DNA of 64,000 nucleotides from Escherichia coli O127:H6 str. E2348/69 (GTDB lineage Bacteria; Pseudomonadota; Gammaproteobacteria; Enterobacterales; Enterobacteriaceae): NCBI RefSeq assembly GCF_000026545.1, contig NC_011601.1; one strand, 5' to 3'. Shown piece by piece: positions 57,616 to 64,000 of this stretch (position 1 is its first letter; each line of letters starts with the position of its first letter). The notes under the pieces were generated by a model. It saw only the letters and a program-made list of their open reading frames with translations, ran no database searches and was not told where the DNA came from. The position numbers and the translations under genes were made by a program.

Positions 57616-58611
57616 TTACTCAGAAACAAACGTTATGTCGTCTTTTTTGGCATGAACGAATTCATACTGCAGAGTTCGATCCAGACCTTGCGACAGCGTA
57701 TACGGTGCCACAAAACCTGAAGAATGCACTTTCGTTGCGTCAAACTGTGTTGTTGCGCAGAATTTTTTCACGCGCACAGAGCTGACAGCGTATTTTTTGC
57801 CAGTAATTTTGCTCAGGATATCAAAGCAATATCCACCCAGCATTCCTAGTGGGTAAGGCAAGTGCATAGAAGGGATCTTTTTGTTTAGGCTTTGTTCAAC
57901 TTCAGCAACCAACTGGTTCATATTCAGGTCTGGCTTATCAACGTAGTTATAAACCTCGTAACCTGCGGCAACATTCTTCAGTTTGTACTTGATAAACTCA
58001 ACAATGTTTCCAACATAAGCCATGGACTTATAGTTAGTCCCTGCGCCCACCATCATAAACTTGCCGCCAGCGATCTGTTTCAGCAAGTTATAGACGTTAC
58101 CGCGGTTCCGTTCACCGAAGATAACGGTAGGACGGATGATGGTTAATGAACGTTCTGTTGGTGCTTTGTTATACCATTCACGCAGCACTTCCTCTGCCTG
58201 CCACTTACTTTTGCCGTAGTGGTTGAAAGGATCGTGTGGATGGTTTTCGTCAGGGTTGTGTTTGTTCAAACCATAAACAGCAACGGAACTGGTAAAGATG
58301 ATATTTTTAACGCCATTTTTTTCCATGGCCGCCAGCACATTGCGGGTACCCTGAACGTTGACATCATAATAGAGAGAAGTAGGGCTGACGTCATCGCGGT
58401 GTTCCGCTGCCAGTAGTACAACAGTGTCAAAACCGGCTAACGCCTGGTCGAGTGCCTGTTGATCACGAACATCGCCAATCTGTGTGATTTCTGGATAAAA
58501 GTGGCTCTGCTGTTTGTCCAGGTTCTTGATATTAAAGTCAGCAATTGCCGTTTCAAGTAGTCGGGTTCCTACGAATCCGGAAGCTCCTATGAGCAAAACG
58601 TTATCGTTCAT
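57616..58611 (-). CDS. gnu: NAD-dependent epimerase, Z3206/Gnu-like (GlcNAc-P-P-undecaprenyl 4-epimerase candidate, 331 aa)
   Basis: N-terminal Rossmann motif LLIGASGFVG and catalytic YxxxK (YGKSK); sits between galF and wcaM where Gnu/Z3206 is found in some E. coli. Confidence 0.65.
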   Translation of the reverse strand: MNDNVLLIGASGFVGTRLLETAIADFNIKNLDKQQSHFYPEITQIGDVRDQQALDQALAGFDTVVLLAAEHRDDVSPTSLYYDVNVQGTRNVLAAMEKNGVKNIIFTSSVAVYGLNKHNPDENHPHDPFNHYGKSKWQAEEVLREWYNKAPTERSLTIIRPTVIFGERNRGNVYNLLKQIAGGKFMMVGAGTNYKSMAYVGNIVEFIKYKLKNVAAGYEVYNYVDKPDLNMNQLVAEVEQSLNKKIPSMHLPYPLGMLGGYCFDILSKITGKKYAVSSVRVKKFCATTQFDATKVHSSGFVAPYTLSQGLDRTLQYEFVHAKKDDITFVSE

Positions 58612-58768
58612 AAATCACTTTAGTCTGGTTGTTACGTAAGAAACACAAGATAAAGATGAGTACCTTCCCTGAGTAGTCAATGCTGCCCAGCCCCAGCTTT
58701 AACAGTTAGTGTGAGGATTATAATCTTTTAGAACATTATATCCAGTAAGTTTATGAATGGTCGCAAAT

Positions 58769-60163
58769 CTACTCCCTCCGTTCTGGCAATCTAAAGTTAA
58801 TCTTTTCCACATTAACAATGTGGTGATTAACTCTGTCGATATCGACGGAGCTTTGCCCTTTTTCATTCACCGCATGAACATTTGCAAGTGACAGCAGTGT
58901 TTCTTTTTTCGCCATAAAGACGCCGCGAACGTCTTTGCGCATGTCGAAGTTCATGCTCAATGCGGGTCCAACTGAGGATTCCTGCATCACCTTGATATTT
59001 CGCATAAAAAGATGTTGCGGTTTGTTGTGTAACTCCAGCGACGCACGCTTCATCTCAATGTTAGTCAGCGCCACAAAGGAGACAGCATTCCCGGCAGAGA
59101 TTTGGATACCGCGCAATTTATAAGCAAGATGGGTGTTATCCATTTGAATATTATTCACTCGGAAATTTTGCGGTATTGAGAGATATTTGCCTTTAATTAC
59201 CCCATAGCCGATTAACATCCCAGCGCTATTAATCATTTCAATATTATCAATCACGAAATTGTCACAACCGTAAATAGCAACTGTCGCGTTATCAATGCCT
59301 GCTTTCTTGCTGAAATCCGGCGTGATATTGCGGGCTTTGATATTACGAATAACAAAATGTTTACCATTTTCAACATGGATCAACTGCCGACAATCCGATC
59401 CCGTGATATTCGCCACGACAAAGTTTTTCACTGCCTGGTCTTCCGGGTAGTTATTATCGTAGGTACTTCCCGCAAGGCCTATGCCGATACCCCAGTTGAT
59501 TTTGCCGTTGGTACAGTTGATGCGCTCGATGACATGGTCAGATATCAAAATATCACGGTCGTTAATCGCCACGTTCCATTCAATGGCGTCGCCCTGTAAA
59601 TCACTAAATTTACAGTTGGTGATGTTGGCACCGATAATCTGGTTATGAAATCCCTGGCGTAAGATGGCGTAATTAGCGTGGCTAACGGTCAGGTTATCGA
59701 TGGAGAGGTTACGCATTACTCGTTTGTTTTTGCCGCCGATATAAATCTGCGTTACCGGACCAAAGCCGCTCATCGTCAGCCCTTTGATGGTGCAGTCAGA
59801 GCCACGCACATCCAGGGTGATGTTATGCATACTGCCACCCTCCTCCCCTGTCACCTGGCTGCTGTCCTGTAAGACAAATCGCCCTCTGCCGTTGCCGCGC
59901 AGGCTTCCAAGGATGTGTAACGTTTTACCTGCAGGAATGAAGATGCCGGTGTTGATATTGTCGCAAACCAATCCGGCAGGCACGACGACCGTTTGCCCTT
60001 CGCCGAAGGCTTGTTTAAATGAGGCGATCCAGTCGTGTGGGTTGTAGTCGTTAATGTTAACGCTTTGTCGGGCGGGAAGTGCACGGGCGAAAGGGGTATG
60101 GAGGAAGGCAAGCGCGGAGCTTGCCGTCAGGAAGGTGCGTCGGGAGAGTTTTTTAAATGGCAT
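58769..60163 (-). CDS. wcaM: colanic acid biosynthesis protein WcaM (464 aa)
   Basis: Signal peptide with twin-arginine-like motif ([12 protein letters not shown]), beta-helix-like repeats; size and order. Confidence 0.9.
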   Translation of the reverse strand: MPFKKLSRRTFLTASSALAFLHTPFARALPARQSVNINDYNPHDWIASFKQAFGEGQTVVVPAGLVCDNINTGIFIPAGKTLHILGSLRGNGRGRFVLQDSSQVTGEEGGSMHNITLDVRGSDCTIKGLTMSGFGPVTQIYIGGKNKRVMRNLSIDNLTVSHANYAILRQGFHNQIIGANITNCKFSDLQGDAIEWNVAINDRDILISDHVIERINCTNGKINWGIGIGLAGSTYDNNYPEDQAVKNFVVANITGSDCRQLIHVENGKHFVIRNIKARNITPDFSKKAGIDNATVAIYGCDNFVIDNIEMINSAGMLIGYGVIKGKYLSIPQNFRVNNIQMDNTHLAYKLRGIQISAGNAVSFVALTNIEMKRASLELHNKPQHLFMRNIKVMQESSVGPALSMNFDMRKDVRGVFMAKKETLLSLANVHAVNEKGQSSVDIDRVNHHIVNVEKINFRLPERRE

Positions 60164-60173
60164 ACGTTCTCCT

Positions 60174-61394
60174 CTATAAAGCCTGCAGCAAGCTGGCGAG
60201 TTCTCGATTAATCACCTGCTGGTTAAAATCGTGTTCGACTTTTTCGCGCGCACGTTTGACGACCGGAGCCAGTTCGTCGGTGTTCAGTTGGCTAAACGCC
60301 GCCAGTCGTTGCGCCAGTGCGCGAGCATCGTTCTCAGGCACCAGCCAGCCGGATTTATCGGCCTCCACCAGTTCTGGTATTCCGCTATGCAGAGTTGAAA
60401 CAACCGGAATGCCGACCGCCATCGCTTCCATTAGCGCCACCGGAATACCTTCCATATCGCCATCCGCACCCGTTATCGATGGCAACAGGAAGACATCCGC
60501 GTCGTCGAGCATCGCTTTCACTTCATGGCTCGGTTTAAAGCCCGGCATCTCTACCACATCTTCCAGTTGATATTGTTCGATGAGCGTGCGCAGGCGTCGT
60601 TCCCACGGGCCAATGCCGAGGATGCGATAGCGAAATGCCACGCCCTGCTCTTTCAACTGCCGGCAGGCTTCGATCGCCACATGCAGGCCTTTTTTCTCGG
60701 TTAAGCGTGCGACGGAGATGATTTCCAGCGGCGTTGCGGGCGCTTTCACCGGACGCGGGCTAAAGCGCGTCATGTCCACGCCCATACGCGATACGGCGAT
60801 TTTTTCCCTCGGACAGCCCATTTTTTGCAGCCTTCCGGCCCACAAATCGCTTATCGGTAACATCAGGTCGCCACGGCGAAACAGTTGTTGATATTCGGGA
60901 GTGTAGTGGTTGAGCACGTCCCGACTGGAGATATCAATACCGTGGAAGATAGTGGCAATTTTGCCGCGAATGACACCCAGTTCGCGTAGTTTTGCTGCGG
61001 TTACCCCCGCAGGGCCAAAATGAGCGATGAACACATCGGCGCGAAACGGTGTTGCGACCTGACCACAAATGGCAGACAAAATCAGGTTCCGCGACTCGGC
61101 GCCATAGCGTTTGAGGTTGAGCGCCTGCCAGGTATTTTTACGATGAATGCCGCGTAACGTCTGGCTGGCGCGGTGGCGCAGTTTCGCCACTTTGCCCGTA
61201 GGTTCGTCCTGTAACCAGCGGGTTCTGGCAGCAAGGTTGTATTTCGTCCATGCCGCGTGGGTGTTCTGGGTGTCGCCTTTTTGCAGCGCGACAATCTCCA
61301 CCTCAAAGCCCATATCAATAAACGCGGTAATTTGATTGAGGACGAAGGTTTCCGACGACAGCGGAAATTTCAGTAAAAAGAAGCCGACCTTCAT
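60174..61394 (-). CDS. wcaL: colanic acid glycosyltransferase WcaL (GT1/GT4, 406 aa)
   Basis: GT-B fold; 406 aa; order wcaK-wcaL-wcaM. Confidence 0.9.
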   Translation of the reverse strand: MKVGFFLLKFPLSSETFVLNQITAFIDMGFEVEIVALQKGDTQNTHAAWTKYNLAARTRWLQDEPTGKVAKLRHRASQTLRGIHRKNTWQALNLKRYGAESRNLILSAICGQVATPFRADVFIAHFGPAGVTAAKLRELGVIRGKIATIFHGIDISSRDVLNHYTPEYQQLFRRGDLMLPISDLWAGRLQKMGCPREKIAVSRMGVDMTRFSPRPVKAPATPLEIISVARLTEKKGLHVAIEACRQLKEQGVAFRYRILGIGPWERRLRTLIEQYQLEDVVEMPGFKPSHEVKAMLDDADVFLLPSITGADGDMEGIPVALMEAMAVGIPVVSTLHSGIPELVEADKSGWLVPENDARALAQRLAAFSQLNTDELAPVVKRAREKVEHDFNQQVINRELASLLQAL

Positions 61395-62671
61395 TTCACC
61401 TCCCCGATGCGTTCAAGCACAGATTGCACCATCTGCATTCCTGTATGACGCTCACGACTGACAGCTTCGTTAAGTCGTGCGTTCAGCGCCGGAAGCTGGC
61501 CTAAGGTATCCGCAACCATCGCTTGCAGGCTGCCGTCCAGTAAATGACGGATATCAATTGCCATCTCTGGTAGCCCCAGTTGTTGCATAATCCCGGCGGA
61601 TTTATGTTCATAGTTGATGGCAATCGCCGGAGTAGCAAAGTTCATTGAGATAATGGCTGAGTGCAGGCGCGTACCGACGGTGAGTTCACAGGCACCGAGA
61701 ATTTTGCCCATTTCCAGATCGTTGAGTTCATCCATCACCACGTGGTAACGGGCAGGATCGCTGATGTGCTGGCGCAGGTTGAGCGCCACCATGCGGTCGT
61801 CTTTGTTATAGCTGTCGATGCCCGTACAGGTGGAGAGCGCAATAACCTGATAGCCTTCGTCGAGAATGCGATTGACCACCCCGGCAAAGGCTTTTTCATA
61901 CGCTTGTTGAGTGGTGCCGAGACGTTTGTCGAACGGTGCCAGTTCGCGCAGGGTAATTGCCACCGTTTTCTGTTGTGCGGCAACGTCCAGCCAATGTTGA
62001 ACGGCATAGCTGGCGGTGAAGTCTTCTGTGTGGTGATCGACCAGCCACGCGGTATCGACGCCATGTTCCACTTTTGCGGTGGTGATATTGCTGCGTTTCA
62101 TCAAATCAAGGCTGACCGATTCGCGCAGGATCAGCGCGTCACAGTGACCAAAAACGTAGTTCGCCAGTTGGTTAAATTGCTCATCCTGGAACGGGCCGAC
62201 GCTGTGACCAATCATAAACAGCGGCTTTTTCGCCATGAAAGTGCAAAGCGCATGTTCAAACTGCGGAACGCCATAGAGATCGACAAAAAACGATCCGCCG
62301 ACCTGAATAATGGCGTCGTAACCTGACAGCAGGCGCACGAAGTCGGTGAATCCCTGGGCGATGGCGATATTACGCAGCTTGCCAGTGTCGGTGACGCGTG
62401 AGAGCAATACCTGGTGCTGATAGCGGCGACGGAGGACTTTTTTAACGCGCCCGACAACGCCCGCCGCGCTGTTGTGTTGTTTCATTTGCAGGAACAGCGG
62501 ATCGCCCATTACCGGGCGGTTGAGCAGCCAGGAAGAACTGACCGGATAGCGGCTCATCACGTCCACTTCGGCATGTGGATTGAGGATGTTGATGGCATCA
62601 AGTAAGCCGCGCAAGATGGCGCTGTCGCCACGATTGCCGCAAGTGTGGTTGCCCAGAATAAGTAATTTCAT
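61391..62671 (-). CDS. wcaK: colanic acid pyruvyl transferase WcaK (426 aa)
   Basis: Polysaccharide pyruvyl transferase family; ATGA overlap with wcaL. Confidence 0.9.
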   Translation of the reverse strand: MKLLILGNHTCGNRGDSAILRGLLDAINILNPHAEVDVMSRYPVSSSWLLNRPVMGDPLFLQMKQHNSAAGVVGRVKKVLRRRYQHQVLLSRVTDTGKLRNIAIAQGFTDFVRLLSGYDAIIQVGGSFFVDLYGVPQFEHALCTFMAKKPLFMIGHSVGPFQDEQFNQLANYVFGHCDALILRESVSLDLMKRSNITTAKVEHGVDTAWLVDHHTEDFTASYAVQHWLDVAAQQKTVAITLRELAPFDKRLGTTQQAYEKAFAGVVNRILDEGYQVIALSTCTGIDSYNKDDRMVALNLRQHISDPARYHVVMDELNDLEMGKILGACELTVGTRLHSAIISMNFATPAIAINYEHKSAGIMQQLGLPEMAIDIRHLLDGSLQAMVADTLGQLPALNARLNEAVSRERHTGMQMVQSVLERIGEVK

Positions 62672-62742
62672 TTTTTCCTCATAAATTTGGTGCCAGGTGA
62701 GGTTATGTTGTTGTTTTTATTGCCGGAGCCTAAAACAACCAT

Positions 62743-64000
62743 TCACCCCGCCCGTAAAAGCATTTTCATTTTTTCGCTGCGACAAAACTGACGCTTCACT
62801 TCCACCACCAACGAATGGCGCGACAGCACAATCATCACCACAAACGCCAGCACGCCCGCGGCTATTTGCACCGCCAGCAGCATCCCCAGCGCCAGTTGCC
62901 CTTTCAGCACAATGCCCAGTGCATAACTGACCACCAGCGTCGGCAGCGAGAGATAAAACGGCAGCCACAAACTCAGGATGTACTGGCGATAACTGGAACC
63001 AAGAACCGGTTTAATCATCACGAAGTAACTCAGAATGGTGTTGATAATCTGCACCAGCAGGAAACCGAGCGTGACGCCGATTGCGCCCGCCATCTGCCCA
63101 CCAATAACAATCGCCGGAATAAACAGAAATGTTTTGAATACGTTGAATTTAAAGCTGATATCGACCCGCGCTTTCGCCATCAGCAGCGAACCAATCGGGT
63201 TACCTACGGAGCGCAGCAGACCCACCACACACAGCAATTGCAGCACCGGAATAATGCTGTTCCACTTTTCGCCAAATACCAGCGGTACAAAGTTATTTGA
63301 CACCACCATCAGCCCGAGCAGCGCCGGAAAGTTGATAATCCCCACCACCGACAGCAGCTTGTAGAAGTTGACGCGCAGCTTTTCGGTATCGTCCTGAATT
63401 TTGGCGAATGCCGGAAACAACACACGGGTGATGATCGGGTTCAGCTTCATCGGCGGCACAACGGCCACGTTGTACGCCAGGTTGTATCCCCCTGCCACGC
63501 CCGCGCCGAGAATACGCGCCAGCACCAGCGTTGAAAGGTTGGTATTGAGATAGTTGATGATGCTGTCCGCCGTCAGCCAGGCACCAAAGCGTAAGTTCGG
63601 CGCAACAGACGCCAGCGAGAAATGCAGACCGGGGCGATAAATTTTCCGGCCAAAGTAGCCAAATAGCAGCGTTCTCACCGCACTATTGACCAGATAACCG
63701 AGGATCGCGGTCATCACCAGCGGCCAGAAATGGGCGCTAACCACTGTAAAAGTGAAGCCCGCCAGCACCGCGCTGGTTTCGATCATGCCGATTTTGTTGA
63801 ACTCCAGCTCCTTCTGCATCAACGCGCGGAACTGTTGCCCGTGGGGGATCACCACAAACGCCAGCGACAATGTTTTAATCAACGGTGCCAGGTCCGGGTT
63901 ATTCAGCACGTCGCCAATGGCATCACTCAACAAAAACACCGCCACGCACACCACAAGCCCCAGCCCGACGTTCAGCCAGTACAGCGTGGTGAGTTCCAGG
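62743..64000 (-). CDS. wzxC: colanic acid flippase WzxC (partial; 5' end lies beyond the window)
   Basis: MOP-family polytopic membrane protein; the ORF runs in frame to the window edge. Confidence 0.85.
   Translation of the reverse strand, partial: LELTTLYWLNVGLGLVVCVAVFLLSDAIGDVLNNPDLAPLIKTLSLAFVVIPHGQQFRALMQKELEFNKIGMIETSAVLAGFTFTVVSAHFWPLVMTAILGYLVNSAVRTLLFGYFGRKIYRPGLHFSLASVAPNLRFGAWLTADSIINYLNTNLSTLVLARILGAGVAGGYNLAYNVAVVPPMKLNPIITRVLFPAFAKIQDDTEKLRVNFYKLLSVVGIINFPALLGLMVVSNNFVPLVFGEKWNSIIPVLQLLCVVGLLRSVGNPIGSLLMAKARVDISFKFNVFKTFLFIPAIVIGGQMAGAIGVTLGFLLVQIINTILSYFVMIKPVLGSSYRQYILSLWLPFYLSLPTLVVSYALGIVLKGQLALGMLLAVQIAAGVLAFVVMIVLSRHSLVVEVKRQFCRSEKMKMLLRAG

Overview
This window reads as an Escherichia coli-type chromosomal segment with two accessory loci embedded in a conserved backbone; I found no novel system, and every sizeable ORF maps to a known family. 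Gene order: nac, tRNA-Asn, ldtA(erfK), cobT-cobS-cobU (minus strand), a probable cbiP 3' remnant and a retained cobalamin riboswitch, pocR, pduF, then a 19-gene propanediol-utilisation microcompartment operon pduABCDEGHJKLMNOPQSTUV (plus strand, 8296..22827). Downstream come yeeX, yeeA, sbmC, dacD, sbcB, plaP(yeeF), yeeY, yeeZ, the yoeB-yefM toxin-antitoxin pair, the complete his operon (hisLGDCBHAFI), wzzB, ugd, gnd, a low-GC O-antigen cluster (43926..56170, minus strand), galF, gnu, and the distal colanic-acid genes wcaM, wcaL, wcaK and a partial wzxC. The most notable observations are: (1) pduC carries an in-frame TAA that removes the last 21 codons while the conserved tail is still encoded downstream; (2) sbmC carries an in-frame TAG that removes the last 14 codons in the same way; (3) the cob locus is reduced to cobUST yet keeps an upstream B12 riboswitch, and the pdu operon ends at pduV with no pduW/pduX; (4) a G10 homopolymer lies in the 5' end of the O-antigen flippase gene wzx; (5) the O-antigen cluster encodes a full GDP-fucose pathway plus a GT11 fucosyltransferase. 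All calls rest on reading the sequence and recalled family knowledge; no database search was run.
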